Below, one piece after another: positions 20,488-30,841 of a stretch of 64,000 bases of DNA (positions are counted from its first letter, which is position 1; each line of letters begins with the position of its first letter). Both the position numbers and the translations under genes were made by a program. The notes under the pieces were generated by a model, which worked only from the letters and a program-made list of their open reading frames with translations, made no database searches and was not told the origin of the DNA. The DNA comes from Polyangiales bacterium (GTDB lineage: Bacteria; Myxococcota_A; Polyangia; Polyangiales; Ga0077539): assembly GCA_044229975.1 (NCBI GenBank), contig JBGARZ010000002.1:352001-416000 (forward strand), read 5' to 3'.

Positions 20488-23249
20488 CGCCCGCGCGCTC
20501 CCGGCGAGGGAATGCCGTCGGGCGGCGTCTCGTCGCGCTCGCGCTCTCGGCCGCTCGGAGCGCCGAGTCCGAGCGCGGCGCGGGAGATGGCGGGGTCGGT
20601 GGTTCCGCCGCGGAGGCTGCGGTCGCGACCCGCCACGCTCGTGTCGGCGTGCAGCCGCGCGTAGATCTCGTCCGAGCGCACCCGCATCGCCTCCGCCTCC
20701 GCAAACGCGCTCTCCGGAACCACCCCAGCGGGTGACGTGCTGAGGAAGTCGGCGAAGGTGCGCGCCGTGCGGGCGAGTTCCAGCTCCGCGCCCAGCGCCT
20801 CGAACATGGCGAGCGACTTGCGGAAGAGCGACTCGGCGCGCTTGCCCTCGTCGGACTCCGCGCCGTAGGCCGCGAGCACCTCGGCGAGCGAGCGCTGCGC
20901 GATGCCCACGTGAACCTTCGAGCGCACCTGCTCGAACAGCTCCAGCGATCCCTCCAGCACCCGCCGCGCCGTGACGAGGTCGTTGTTGAGGAAGTGCGCG
21001 AGCCCGAGACCACGTCGCGCCTCGGCGAGCAGCAACCGATCACCCAGCTCCTGACAGATGGCTTCGACCTCCGTGAGGATGCGGAGCGCCTCTTCGACAT
21101 CGCGCATGCGGGTGCGCGCCTCGCCGACGTTGAGCAGCAGCACGGCCTGGCGGCGCCGATCGCCCACCTCACGCGCGAGGTCTAGCGCCTGATGCCAGAT
21201 GGCGACGGCCTCGTGGTCCTCCCCGCGGTCGGCGTGGAGCGTGCCGAGGTTGTTGAGCGTCACCACGAGGCCCGGCAGGTCGTTGGCCTCGCGTCGCAGG
21301 TCGCGTGCCTTCACCAGGGCGTCATACGCAGCCTTGTATTGGCCGCTGTCCTGGAAGACGAGCCCGATGTTGTTCCAGGACAACGCGATGGAGCGCTTGT
21401 CGCCTTGGGCCTCGCGTCGCACGAGGCCGTCCTGGAGGAAGCGCAGCGCCGTCTCGTAGGCGCCACGCAGCCAGTGCGTCTTGCCGATGTCGTCGAAGCT
21501 CGCCGCGATGCCCTTCTCGTCGCCCGCCGCCTCGAAGAGCGCGAGCGCCGTCCCGAGGTGCCGCATGCAGTCATCGAGCCTGCCTGCGTCGCGGTTGATG
21601 CGACCGATGCGGTTGTGCGCCGCGCCACCCTTGGCCTTCAGGTCGAGGCGGTACGCCAGCGCGAGCATCTTCTTGAAGTGCCCGAGCGCCTCTTCGCCGC
21701 GCCCCTGCATCGTGAGCACGTCGCCGAGGTGGTGCTGCGCGTCGAGCCGCAGACCCACGTCGTGCTCGCCCAGCATCGCGAGGCCCAGCTCGTAGTGCTC
21801 GACGGCCTTCTGGTTGGCGTAGCGCTCGCGCGCGAGGTCGGCGCTCTTGAGGTAGCAGCGTGCGGCGCGCAGCGGACGACGCCCGCGCTCGTAGTGACGC
21901 GCCAGCAGGTCGAGCTGTTCCTCGCCGCGGTTGGTGAGACGAAACTCCAGCCACTCGGCGAGCACGAGGTGAAGCTGCTCGGCGTCCTCCGACGGGACGA
22001 GCGCCGCGAGCCGCTCGCGGTCGAGGTCGTGGTTGAAGGAGTACGCCTGGTCGTCGGTGTCCGTCGGGCCCACGACGCGGCTCACGTACCCGCGATCGAC
22101 GAGGCCCTTCAGCGTGTCGCGGTATTGCAGCGCGAGGTCTTCCCCGCCGCCCCACAACGCCGGGGGCTCCTTGCCGGTGCGGCCCAGCACCACGAGGCCG
22201 CCCACCCAGAACACCCGCCCCATCAGCGCCGCCCACTTCAGGAGCTCCAGCTCCGAGGGGGCGAGGGCGGTCACCCGCGACGTGGCCGCGTCCTCCACCG
22301 ACATGGGCAGTGAGATCTGCTCCAGGCGGTCGAGGTCGATGGTCGCGATGCCTTCGTCGTCGACGGCGATCACCCCCTGGTCGAAGTAGATCCGGACGAT
22401 CTGCCGGATGAGCAACGGGTTGCCGCCGCCGAGCTGCACCGCCTTGCGAACGAGTTCCCCAGGCACGTTTTCGATGGTGGAGAGCAGCGCGCGGGCCATG
22501 ACGGTGGACTCGCCGCCGTCGAGGGGCGCGAGGTCGACGCGGCGGTGGCGCCCGGTGGGCGTCGCGCAGAAGTCGTGCGAGAGCGCGAAGAGCGGCGGGC
22601 GCGTGGTGAAGAGCACCGCGATGGGCGCCGCGCGCAGACCCTCGACGAGGCTGCGCAGGAGGCGCACGCCGTCGGCGCCGGCGAGGTGGACGTCCTCGAA
22701 GACGAGCAGCACGGGGCTGCGCTGGGCGTCGACCTCGAAGAGGCGACGGAGCACCGCGCGGGCGACGTGCTCGGAGGCGCGCGGGTCTTCGCGGAAGGCC
22801 TCGGCGAGCAGCGTGGCGCCGAAGCGCATGCCCAGGTACACGCCGAGGAAGTGCAGGATCTCGTCGACGCGACGGTCGCCGAAGAGGTCCATCACCTGGG
22901 CGGCGACCTCGTTGGCCTGGGCGTGCGCGTCGGCGTTTTCGTCGAGGGTGAAGCGCGCGCGGAGAATCGTCGCGATGGCCGCGTGGGCCCCGCGGTCTTC
23001 CCGGGCGGCGCCGCGGTAGACGCGGAGCATGGGCTGGTCGACCGCGAGGTCGTCGACGAGCTCGTCGACGAAGCGGGTCTTGCCCACGCCGGGACTGCCC
23101 ACGAGGGTGACGACCTCGGGGCGGGCTTCCTTGATGGCGCGCTGGATCGCCTCCTGGATGGCGGCCCGCTCGGACAGGCGGCCGATGAAGGGGGGGCGAC
23201 CGATGGGGAGGCCATCGTCGGCGGGGCGCTTGGCAACCTGGTCGTTCAT
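20484..23249 (-). CDS. STAND-like AAA ATPase with C-terminal TPR repeats
   Basis: PFIGR, Walker A GSPGVGKT, Walker B LLVFEDVH, GGNPL, then TPR helices (AAHNRIG, SWNNIG, TLNNLG). Confidence 0.9.
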   Translation of the reverse strand: MNDQVAKRPADDGLPIGRPPFIGRLSERAAIQEAIQRAIKEARPEVVTLVGSPGVGKTRFVDELVDDLAVDQPMLRVYRGAAREDRGAHAAIATILRARFTLDENADAHAQANEVAAQVMDLFGDRRVDEILHFLGVYLGMRFGATLLAEAFREDPRASEHVARAVLRRLFEVDAQRSPVLLVFEDVHLAGADGVRLLRSLVEGLRAAPIAVLFTTRPPLFALSHDFCATPTGRHRRVDLAPLDGGESTVMARALLSTIENVPGELVRKAVQLGGGNPLLIRQIVRIYFDQGVIAVDDEGIATIDLDRLEQISLPMSVEDAATSRVTALAPSELELLKWAALMGRVFWVGGLVVLGRTGKEPPALWGGGEDLALQYRDTLKGLVDRGYVSRVVGPTDTDDQAYSFNHDLDRERLAALVPSEDAEQLHLVLAEWLEFRLTNRGEEQLDLLARHYERGRRPLRAARCYLKSADLARERYANQKAVEHYELGLAMLGEHDVGLRLDAQHHLGDVLTMQGRGEEALGHFKKMLALAYRLDLKAKGGAAHNRIGRINRDAGRLDDCMRHLGTALALFEAAGDEKGIAASFDDIGKTHWLRGAYETALRFLQDGLVRREAQGDKRSIALSWNNIGLVFQDSGQYKAAYDALVKARDLRREANDLPGLVVTLNNLGTLHADRGEDHEAVAIWHQALDLAREVGDRRRQAVLLLNVGEARTRMRDVEEALRILTEVEAICQELGDRLLLAEARRGLGLAHFLNNDLVTARRVLEGSLELFEQVRSKVHVGIAQRSLAEVLAAYGAESDEGKRAESLFRKSLAMFEALGAELELARTARTFADFLSTSPAGVVPESAFAEAEAMRVRSDEIYARLHADTSVAGRDRSLRGGTTDPAISRAALGLGAPSGRERERDETPPDGIPSPGARGR

Positions 23250-23401
23250 CAGAGGGGTTCCTGGGCGGCGCGGAGCCCTGGCGGTGGGCTCTGGCAGAGA
23301 GGGCGTGCGACGCAGCGCGCCATCCTACTCCGAGGCCGCCCCCGGCGACTCCCACGATTCGACGACGATACCCGCGTCAAGAAGGTTTCGCTGGGAGCGC
23401 G

Positions 23402-25417
23402 TTGTCCACTAGTCTCCCGCCCGCAGGAAGCACAGCGGTGACGACGAGGCTCGCGGGAACACACATCGGACCGTACACGCTGCGTGAGCGCCTCGCGGTC
23501 GGTGGCATGAGCGAGGTGCACCTTGCCTTCGACCGCGACGGTCGGACGGTGGTGCTCAAGCTGCTCGACCCGCGGCACGTCGGAGACCCGACGTGGCGGG
23601 CGCTCCTTCGCAGCGAGGCCGCGCTCGCGACGGCCGCGGCGCACTCCAACGTCGTCGAGGTGATCGAGTGCCGCGAGGACGCCGACGACCCCTACCTCGC
23701 CATGGAGTACGTCGAGGGCGTCGACCTCGCGTTTCTCATCCGCGCGCTCCAACAGACCCAGCGACGGATGGAGGCGCCGCTCGCCTGCCACGCCGTGCGC
23801 GAGCTGCTCGTCGGCCTCGGCCACATCCACCGGCTCGCCGTCGACGGCGGAGGAATGCTCCACCGCGACGTCTCGCCGGGCAACGTGCTGCTGTCCGTCG
23901 ACGGCGCCGTGAAGCTCGCCGACTTCGGCATCGCCACGCCGCCGCGCGCGTCCGTCCCACCCGGTCCCCTGGGGACGCCTGCCGCCGCGGTCGCCGCGCT
24001 GCGCTTGCGTCGCGGCAAGGTGCCGTACATGGCGCCCGAGCAGCTCCTCGGTCTCTCCGTCGACGCGCGAGCCGACCTCTACGCCGCGGGCGTAGTGCTC
24101 GCCGAACTGCTCACCGGGCGGCAGGTGTTCACGACGCCCGCCGACGCGGCGGCGCTGCTCACGGCGCGCGACGATCAGCTCGAAGCGCTGCGTGACGTGC
24201 TCAGCGATCACCCGACGAGCCTGGTGTCGGTGGTGTTTCGCGCGCTGTCCCGATCGCCCGCCGAGCGCTTCCAATCGGCGGCGGAGTTCATCGCGTCGCT
24301 CCAGTCGTACGCGGGCGACCCGACGGAGTCGCGGCCGCTGCTCGCACAGCTGGTGCAGTGGGCGCGCACGGCCGCTCGATCGGCGCAGCCCATGCGGCGC
24401 AGCGGCGACACCGACCAGGCCCCGAGCGCGGCCCTCTCTGCGCGCTCGCCCTACGGCGAGACCATGGAGGTCGAGCGCACCCGCGAGGTGCCGCTGCTCT
24501 TCTTCGAGGTGGTGTCCGAGTCGGGCGAGGCGCGCGGTCGCTTCACCTTCGCGCGGCTCGTCGAGCAGGCAGCCGTCGGCCTCCTCACGGGTCGCGACAT
24601 GCTCGTGTCTCCTGACGGCAGCTCGCAGCGCGCCGAGGCGTGGGCCGACCTCGCGCCGCACCTCGTCGTCCGCTCCGAGACCACCTCCGAGGTCGCCGAG
24701 GCGCAAGCCGACTGGGCCGACGCGATGCCCACGTCCACGTTCCTGCACGCGCTCGCGAAGCTCGTGCTCTCCGACGAATCGGGGATGCTCGTCGCCGAGG
24801 CGACGCCCGCCCGCAAGGAGGTCTACCTCTTCAAGGGGCGCCCCACGCACTACACGAGCAACCTCCCCGGTGAGTCCATCGGCGAGTACCTCGTGCAGCG
24901 CGGCGTGCTCAACCGCGGCGAGCTCGACATGGCCCTCGCCATGATGTCGCGCTTCAACAGCAACCTCTCGTCGGCCCTCGTGCAGCTCGGCCTCGTCGAC
25001 GAGACCCTGCTCGCGCAGCGCACCGATCAGCTCACCCGCGAGCGCTTCACCGAGCTCTTCCGCTGGCGCCGCGGGACGCTCCGCTTCTTCCGCGCGGTGC
25101 TCCCGCCGCCGGGCGCGCTGCCCCTCACGCTGGAGCCCTCCGAGGTGCTGCGCGCGGGCGCCGCGGCGCTCGAAGACCCGGCCGCGCACTTCGCGGCCCT
25201 GGTCGATCGTCGTGTGCGCCTCGCGGGCGGCCCGGTGCCCGCGCGCGTGGCGATGATCCCGCTCAGCGCGGAGCTCATGGCAGGCGCCGAGTCGACGCCG
25301 CCCATCGACCGTCTCATCGCGCGCACCGCGAGCGAGCGGCGTGTGCCCATCGCCGACGCGCTACGCGAGCTGTACTTCCTCCTCGAGGTCGGGGCGCTCG
25401 CGCTGGTCGATCCGTAG
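23402..25417 (+). CDS. Ser/Thr protein kinase with C-terminal DUF4388-like domain
   Basis: VGGMSEV, VVLK, HRDVSPGN, DFG, GKVPYMAPE; C-terminal KEVYLFKGRP..SIGEYLVQRG..LFRWRRG; start uncertain. Confidence 0.88.
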   Translation: MSTSLPPAGSTAVTTRLAGTHIGPYTLRERLAVGGMSEVHLAFDRDGRTVVLKLLDPRHVGDPTWRALLRSEAALATAAAHSNVVEVIECREDADDPYLAMEYVEGVDLAFLIRALQQTQRRMEAPLACHAVRELLVGLGHIHRLAVDGGGMLHRDVSPGNVLLSVDGAVKLADFGIATPPRASVPPGPLGTPAAAVAALRLRRGKVPYMAPEQLLGLSVDARADLYAAGVVLAELLTGRQVFTTPADAAALLTARDDQLEALRDVLSDHPTSLVSVVFRALSRSPAERFQSAAEFIASLQSYAGDPTESRPLLAQLVQWARTAARSAQPMRRSGDTDQAPSAALSARSPYGETMEVERTREVPLLFFEVVSESGEARGRFTFARLVEQAAVGLLTGRDMLVSPDGSSQRAEAWADLAPHLVVRSETTSEVAEAQADWADAMPTSTFLHALAKLVLSDESGMLVAEATPARKEVYLFKGRPTHYTSNLPGESIGEYLVQRGVLNRGELDMALAMMSRFNSNLSSALVQLGLVDETLLAQRTDQLTRERFTELFRWRRGTLRFFRAVLPPPGALPLTLEPSEVLRAGAAALEDPAAHFAALVDRRVRLAGGPVPARVAMIPLSAELMAGAESTPPIDRLIARTASERRVPIADALRELYFLLEVGALALVDP

Positions 25418-25469
25418 CGCTCTCGCGTTGCGGTCCCCCGCGGTTTGCGGGTAGAGGCAGGCTAAGGCC

Positions 25470-26063
25470 GTGCCGGAGAAGTTCAGCTCACGAACCGTGG
25501 CCATCGTCGCGCTCGCCTCGCTGCTCGCGGGCTTCGTGGTGGTGTTCGCCGGCGGCATGATGCTGCTCACGCCCGCCACGCAGACGCCGCCCGCACCGCC
25601 GGCCGTGGCGCCCGCACCGCCGGTCCCCGTTGCCGCACCGCCTTCGGCCGACGCCGGGGGGGCATCACCGCTCTCGGAGACGCTCGAACCCACCGAGGCC
25701 GGAGTCGCCGCGCCCTCGGGGTCGGTGCGCTTTTCGCCGTCGGCCGTGTCGCGCTGCTGGGACGCCAACAACCCCGCGATGCTCCCCGGTGCGTCGTGCG
25801 ATCGGCTGCAGGCCATCGACGATCACTTCGCGAGCAAGGCCGCCGAGATCGCGGGCTGCGCGCGGGGTCATGGTCGCCTGGCGTTCATCATGGACCTGCG
25901 CTTCTCGACGGCCTTCGTGCGCTCGTGGGGCGGCCCGTCGAGCACCATCGGCAACGCGGGGACGGTGGTGGCGTGCGTGCGCCGCGTGACGCAGCCGTTG
26001 CCGCTCGCGACGGCCACGCACGCGCACGATCGCTACCTGATGGTGCTGCCCATCGACTGGTGA
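25470..26063 (+). CDS. membrane-anchored hypothetical protein
   Basis: N-terminal TM, Pro-rich linker, Cys-containing C-terminal domain. Confidence 0.7.
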   Translation: MPEKFSSRTVAIVALASLLAGFVVVFAGGMMLLTPATQTPPAPPAVAPAPPVPVAAPPSADAGGASPLSETLEPTEAGVAAPSGSVRFSPSAVSRCWDANNPAMLPGASCDRLQAIDDHFASKAAEIAGCARGHGRLAFIMDLRFSTAFVRSWGGPSSTIGNAGTVVACVRRVTQPLPLATATHAHDRYLMVLPIDW

Positions 26064-26070
26064 GCGCTCG

Positions 26071-27147
26071 TCAGGAGAGCCGGTCGGCGAAGGCCCGCAT
26101 GAACGACGTGAGCGCCGTGACGTCTTCGAGATCGACGGCGTTGTAGAGGGACGCGCGGACGCCGCCGACGGCGCGGTGGCCCTTCAGTCCAACGAGCCCC
26201 TCGCGGGTGGCTTCCTTCACGAAGCGATCGTCGAGGTCGGTCGACGGGAGGTAGAAGACGACGTTCATGCGCGAGCGCGAGCCGGGCTCGACGGGGCAGC
26301 GGTAGACGTCGGGGCGAGCGTCGATGGCGGCGTAGAGAGCGCGGGCCTTCGCCTCGTTGCGCTTCTCGATGGCGTCGACGCCGCCGAGGGACTTCACCCA
26401 GCGCAAGACGTTGCGCATGAGGTAGACCGCGAAGGTCGGGGGCGTGTGATAGAGCCCGTCGTGCTCCGCGTGGGTCGCGAAGCGAAACACCGTCGGGATG
26501 TCGGTGCGCGCGGTCTCCAGAAACGCCTTCTGGATGACGAACACCGTGAGCCCGGAGGGCCCGAGGTTCTTCTGCGCGCCGGCGTAGATGAGGGCGAAGC
26601 GCGCGGCGTCGATGCGCCGCGACAGGATGTCCGAGGACATGTCCGCCACGAGCGGAACGCCCACCTTGGGGAAGTGCTCGTACTGCGTCCCTTCGAGGGT
26701 GTTGTTGCTGGTGATGTGCAGGTACGAGCTGCCCGGCCGCACCGCATGCGCCGCGCCCGAGGGGACGTGGTCGTAGCGCCGCGACATCGACAACACGTCG
26801 GCGGCGTCGCCGATGGTGCGCGCCTCGGCCAGCGCCTTCTCGCCCCAGGAGCCGCTCACGGCGTAGTCCGCCGCGCCGCGGAGGAAGTTCATCGGAACCG
26901 TCGCGAACGCTCCGCTCGCTCCACCTTGCAGCATCAGCACGACGCTCGACTCGGGGATGCCCATGAGCTCGCGCAGCAGCGCCTTGGCCTCGTGGTGCAC
27001 GCGCTCGTACGCGGCCCCGCGGTGGCTGTGCTCCATGATCGACATCCCGGTGCCTTCGAAATCGAGCAGCTCGTCCCTGGCCTGCTCCAGCACGACGCGC
27101 GGGAGAGCCGACGGACCAGCGTTGAAATTGATCACCCGGTCGCTCAT
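26071..27147 (-). CDS. serC: phosphoserine aminotransferase
   Basis: NFNAGPSALP, SHR, QGGAS, DMSSD, GAQKNLGP, GHRAVGGVRASLYNA. Confidence 0.97.
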   Translation of the reverse strand: MSDRVINFNAGPSALPRVVLEQARDELLDFEGTGMSIMEHSHRGAAYERVHHEAKALLRELMGIPESSVVLMLQGGASGAFATVPMNFLRGAADYAVSGSWGEKALAEARTIGDAADVLSMSRRYDHVPSGAAHAVRPGSSYLHITSNNTLEGTQYEHFPKVGVPLVADMSSDILSRRIDAARFALIYAGAQKNLGPSGLTVFVIQKAFLETARTDIPTVFRFATHAEHDGLYHTPPTFAVYLMRNVLRWVKSLGGVDAIEKRNEAKARALYAAIDARPDVYRCPVEPGSRSRMNVVFYLPSTDLDDRFVKEATREGLVGLKGHRAVGGVRASLYNAVDLEDVTALTSFMRAFADRLS

Positions 27148-27217
27148 GGGCGCGGAAGCTAGCGCCCGTCGCGTCCGCTCACCAGCATTCGTATGTCGCT
27201 GGTAGGTTGTGCGCCCA

Positions 27218-28387
27218 ATGAGCGTTCCCCCCGTCGGTCCTACAGAGCTGACCCCGATGTTGCCGGAGGGCCTGCGCGACCTCCTGCCCGAGCGCGCCGC
27301 CCGCCGTCGCGCCGTCGCGCGCACCGTGCTCGCCTCCTTCGAGCGCTACGGCTACGCGGGCGTCGTCCCCCCGGCCTTCGAGCGCGAGTCCGTCGTCGCG
27401 CGCGGCGTCGGCGGCGCGGCGCGGCGCGAGCTCCTCCGCTTCCTCGACCCCGACGCGGGCGACGTCCTCGTGCTGCGCCCCGACATGACCCCGCAGATCG
27501 CGCGCCTCGTCTCCACGCGCTACCGCGAGCACCCCGGCCCCATCCGCCTCGCCTACGAGGGCAGCGTGGTGCGTCGCCCGCGCGGCCGCGCCCATCGCCA
27601 ACGCCAGGTCTCGCAGGCGGGCATCGAGTGCATCGGCTTCGCTCCGCCGCACGCCGACGTCGAGGTCATCGCCGCCACGCTCGACGCCCTGCGCGCGCTC
27701 GGTCTGCGCGACCTCGTGGTCGAGCTCTCCCACGCCGCAGCCCTCTCGACCGTGCTCGATGGTCTCCCCTCGCCCGTTCGTGAACCCGTTGCCGAAGCCC
27801 TCGCGGGCCGCGACCGCGCCACCTGGAGCGCGCTGCTCGACGGCGATCACCTCGCCCACGTCGACCGGCTCGTGCGTTGCGCGGGCGACGCTTCGCAGCT
27901 GCCCGGCTGGCGCGATGAGCTCGTCGCGCTCGGTCACGGCGACATGGTCGACGCGCTCTCTTCGGTCGTCGACGGCCTGCGCGAGACGGGCGCTCCCGTC
28001 ATCGTCGACCTCGGCGAGCTGCGCGGTCGCGGCTATTACACGGGGGTGTTTTTTCAGGTGCTCTGCGACGGCATCGGGTCGCCGCTCGCGGGCGGAGGCC
28101 GCTACGACGCGTTGCTCGGTCGCTACGGTGCGCCGCGGGCCGCGACCGGAGCGGCCATCGACCTCGAAGCCGTCGAGGCGGCGTTGCAGGCGCGCGGCAT
28201 CGAGCACGACGTGTTGCCCGCGCGGGTGCTCGTCATCGGAACCGCGAAGGCCCGCGCAGCCACGGCGGCGCGGCTGCGGGCGGAGGGGCGTTCGGTGTCC
28301 GAGAGCGACCCGATGGACGCGGAGTCCGAGGCGCGGCTCGTGGCGTGGGAGGGCTTCGCGGAGGTGCTGCGCCCGGACGGCGGTTGA
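27218..28387 (+). CDS. hisZ: ATP phosphoribosyltransferase regulatory subunit
   Basis: LPEGLRDLLP, LRPDMTPQIAR, QAGIE, YYTG, GGGRYD; no HisRS anticodon-binding domain apparent. Confidence 0.9.
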   Translation: MSVPPVGPTELTPMLPEGLRDLLPERAARRRAVARTVLASFERYGYAGVVPPAFERESVVARGVGGAARRELLRFLDPDAGDVLVLRPDMTPQIARLVSTRYREHPGPIRLAYEGSVVRRPRGRAHRQRQVSQAGIECIGFAPPHADVEVIAATLDALRALGLRDLVVELSHAAALSTVLDGLPSPVREPVAEALAGRDRATWSALLDGDHLAHVDRLVRCAGDASQLPGWRDELVALGHGDMVDALSSVVDGLRETGAPVIVDLGELRGRGYYTGVFFQVLCDGIGSPLAGGGRYDALLGRYGAPRAATGAAIDLEAVEAALQARGIEHDVLPARVLVIGTAKARAATAARLRAEGRSVSESDPMDAESEARLVAWEGFAEVLRPDGG

Positions 28388-28449
28388 CGGAGGGGCCGGC
28401 GCGGTGCGAACGATCCCGCGATGAGACACGCGACCTCGGGAGCGACGCA

Positions 28450-29172
28450 GTGCAGGCGGTGATCCTCGCGGGGGGCAAGGGTCGGCGGCTCGCTCCCTTC
28501 ACCGCGGCGTTTCCGAAGCCGTTGGTTCCGGTGGGCGACCGCGCGGTGCTGGAGGTGCTCATCCGTCGACTGGTCGCGGCGGGCGTGACGGAGATCGTTC
28601 TCTCCGTCGACCATCTCGCCGAGCTCATCATGGCCTACGTCGAGGGCCACCCCGGCCTGCGCAGCCTCGCGCGCTACCGCTTCGTCCGCGACGAACGCCC
28701 GGGCGGCACAGCCGGCCCGCTCAAGCGCATCGAGGGGCTCGGCGACACCTTCCTCGTGTGCAACGGCGACCTGCTGACGGAGCTCGACCTGCGCGCGCTC
28801 GTCGCCCACCACCGCGCGGAGCGGGCCGCGCTCACGGTGGCCGTGCACCGCAAGCCCGTGAAGCTCTCTCTCGGCGTGCTCGACCTCGACGACGACGGGC
28901 ACATCACGCGCTACACCGAGAAGCCCGAGTTTCAGTACGACGTGTCCATGGGCGTGTACGTGTACGACGCGCGGGCGCTGGGGTTCATCACGCCGGGCGA
29001 GTACCTCGACTTCCCCGATCTGGTGGGTCGACTCATTGCCGCGCACGAGGTCGTGGCGGCGTTTCGCACCGACGCGTACTGGCTCGACATCGGCAACCCC
29101 GACGACTACGCGCGGGCCCAGGAAGACGCCGCCGCGGGCCGCGGGCCGGCGGCGATGAAGGAGGCTTCGTGA
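28450..29172 (+). CDS. NDP-sugar nucleotidyltransferase family protein
   Basis: ILAGGKGRRL, PKPL, GTAG, NGD, EKP, WLDIG. Confidence 0.92.
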   Translation: MQAVILAGGKGRRLAPFTAAFPKPLVPVGDRAVLEVLIRRLVAAGVTEIVLSVDHLAELIMAYVEGHPGLRSLARYRFVRDERPGGTAGPLKRIEGLGDTFLVCNGDLLTELDLRALVAHHRAERAALTVAVHRKPVKLSLGVLDLDDDGHITRYTEKPEFQYDVSMGVYVYDARALGFITPGEYLDFPDLVGRLIAAHEVVAAFRTDAYWLDIGNPDDYARAQEDAAAGRGPAAMKEAS

Positions 29173-30332
29173 GCTGGAAGGTTCCGCTGACGGACGTGAC
29201 GCTGGGGGAAGAGGAGGCGCTCGCGGCGGCCGACGTCGTGCGCTCGGGGTGGCTCTCGCAGGGCGAGCGGGTCGCCGCCTTCGAGCGCGACTTCGCGGCG
29301 ATGGTGGGCGTTCCCCACGCGATCGCGGTCAACAACTGCACCGTCGGCCTGGAGGTCGCCTACGCGAGCGTCGGTGTCTCACCGGGCGACGAAGTGGTCA
29401 TGCCGGCGCTCACGTTCGTGGCCACCGCCAACGCCGCGCGGCGGCTCGGAGCGGGCGTGGTCTTCGCCGACATCACCAGCGACGACGACCTCTGCGCCGA
29501 CCCTGCGGACGTGCTCGCGAAGGTCACGCCGAAGACGCGCGCTGTGGTGCTCGTCCACTACGCAGGCTTCGCGGCCGACGTCGCCGCCATGCGGGCGGGA
29601 CTCGCGGCGATGGGCCGCGGCGACGTGGCCATCGTGGAGGACTGCGCTCACGCTCCGGCTGCTGGTGCGAGGGACGGCAGCGCACGCTGCGGAGCGCTCG
29701 GCGACGTGGCGGCGTTCTCGTTCTTCAGCAACAAGAACATGACCACTGGCGAGGGTGGGATGATCACCACGCTCAACGCCGACCGCGACCGCGACCTGCG
29801 CCTGTTGCGCGCGCACGGCATGACCACGACGACGTGGGATCGCCACCGCGGCCACGCCTTCACCTACGACGTGGTGCGGGTCGCGACCAACGCGCGCATG
29901 GACGAGATCCGCGCCGCCATCGGTCGCATCCAGCTCGGCAAGTTGGAGGACGCCAACCGTCGTCGGGCGGTAGCTCGCGGTTGGTACATCGACGCCATCC
30001 GAGCGAAGGGCGACGCGCTGTCGGGGCTCGGTGTTCCCTTCTCGGTGGGCGAGTTCGGCCATGGGTCGCAGCACCTCTTCGTCGTGCTGCTGCCGTGGGG
30101 CACTGCGCGCGAGCCGGTGATGGCGGCGATGCGCGCGGCGGGCGTCCAGACCAGCGTTCACTACCCGCCGACCCACCGCTTCTCGGCCTACGCCGACGTC
30201 CCCGCGTCGCTGCCGCGCACCGACGCCGTCGCCGATCGCCTGCTCACGTTGCCGTTGGGTCCGACGCTGACCGAGGCGCAGGTCGCGCTCGTCGTCGACG
30301 CCCTGGCGGAGGCCCTCGCCGCGCGCTGCTAG
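29169..30332 (+). CDS. DegT/DnrJ/EryC1/StrS PLP-dependent sugar aminotransferase
   Basis: TFVATAN, EDCAHA, FSFFSNKNMTTGEGG, VHYPP; GTGA overlap with the preceding gene. Confidence 0.94.
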   Translation: MSWKVPLTDVTLGEEEALAAADVVRSGWLSQGERVAAFERDFAAMVGVPHAIAVNNCTVGLEVAYASVGVSPGDEVVMPALTFVATANAARRLGAGVVFADITSDDDLCADPADVLAKVTPKTRAVVLVHYAGFAADVAAMRAGLAAMGRGDVAIVEDCAHAPAAGARDGSARCGALGDVAAFSFFSNKNMTTGEGGMITTLNADRDRDLRLLRAHGMTTTTWDRHRGHAFTYDVVRVATNARMDEIRAAIGRIQLGKLEDANRRRAVARGWYIDAIRAKGDALSGLGVPFSVGEFGHGSQHLFVVLLPWGTAREPVMAAMRAAGVQTSVHYPPTHRFSAYADVPASLPRTDAVADRLLTLPLGPTLTEAQVALVVDALAEALAARC

Positions 30333-30841
30333 CGACCCGCCTCGCCCAGCTCCTCGCGCTCACACGGCGCGTTGCGGTCGGCCCACTCACGCAGCCGCGT
30401 GACTCGCTCCAGCGGCCAGCGGCTGCCCTCGGGCCACGCCGCGACCGACGCGTCCGCCGCCGCGGCGAAGAGCCATCGCCGCGTCTGTGCGATGCGCGCC
30501 GTGTCGCGGTGACAGTGCGTGCGCATCACCCGCTCGACCACCGATCGCGCGAACGGCGCCCGTCGATCGTCGCCCGCGCGAAACACCTCCGCGACGACGC
30601 GCACGCCCGCGGCCCCGTAGCCCACGAGCCGCAGCACCGCAGGGGACTCGCCCGATTGTGCCGGGTTGGCGTCGTCGGCCAGGTGCGCCGCGAGCCAGCG
30701 CAGCTCGCCCTCGCGGAGGCTCGCGCCCGCGTCGCTGTTGCTGGTCCATGCCGCTTCGTCACCGGCGCCGAGCGTGGGCCCCGTGGGCGTCCCCGCGCAG
30801 CCCGCGAGCAGCGCCAACCCGCTGACCCGACGAGCGATCAC
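30329..30841 (-). CDS. hypothetical lipoprotein
   Basis: GTG start overlaps the ygfZ stop; lipobox LLAGC. Confidence 0.6.
   Translation of the reverse strand: MIARRVSGLALLAGCAGTPTGPTLGAGDEAAWTSNSDAGASLREGELRWLAAHLADDANPAQSGESPAVLRLVGYGAAGVRVVAEVFRAGDDRRAPFARSVVERVMRTHCHRDTARIAQTRRWLFAAAADASVAAWPEGSRWPLERVTRLREWADRNAPCEREELGEAGR

Noticed and set aside
28450..30332. Nucleotidyltransferase plus DegT aminotransferase as a novel biosynthetic cluster
   Set aside because: A common amino-sugar gene pair; no glycosyltransferase, PKS or NRPS nearby
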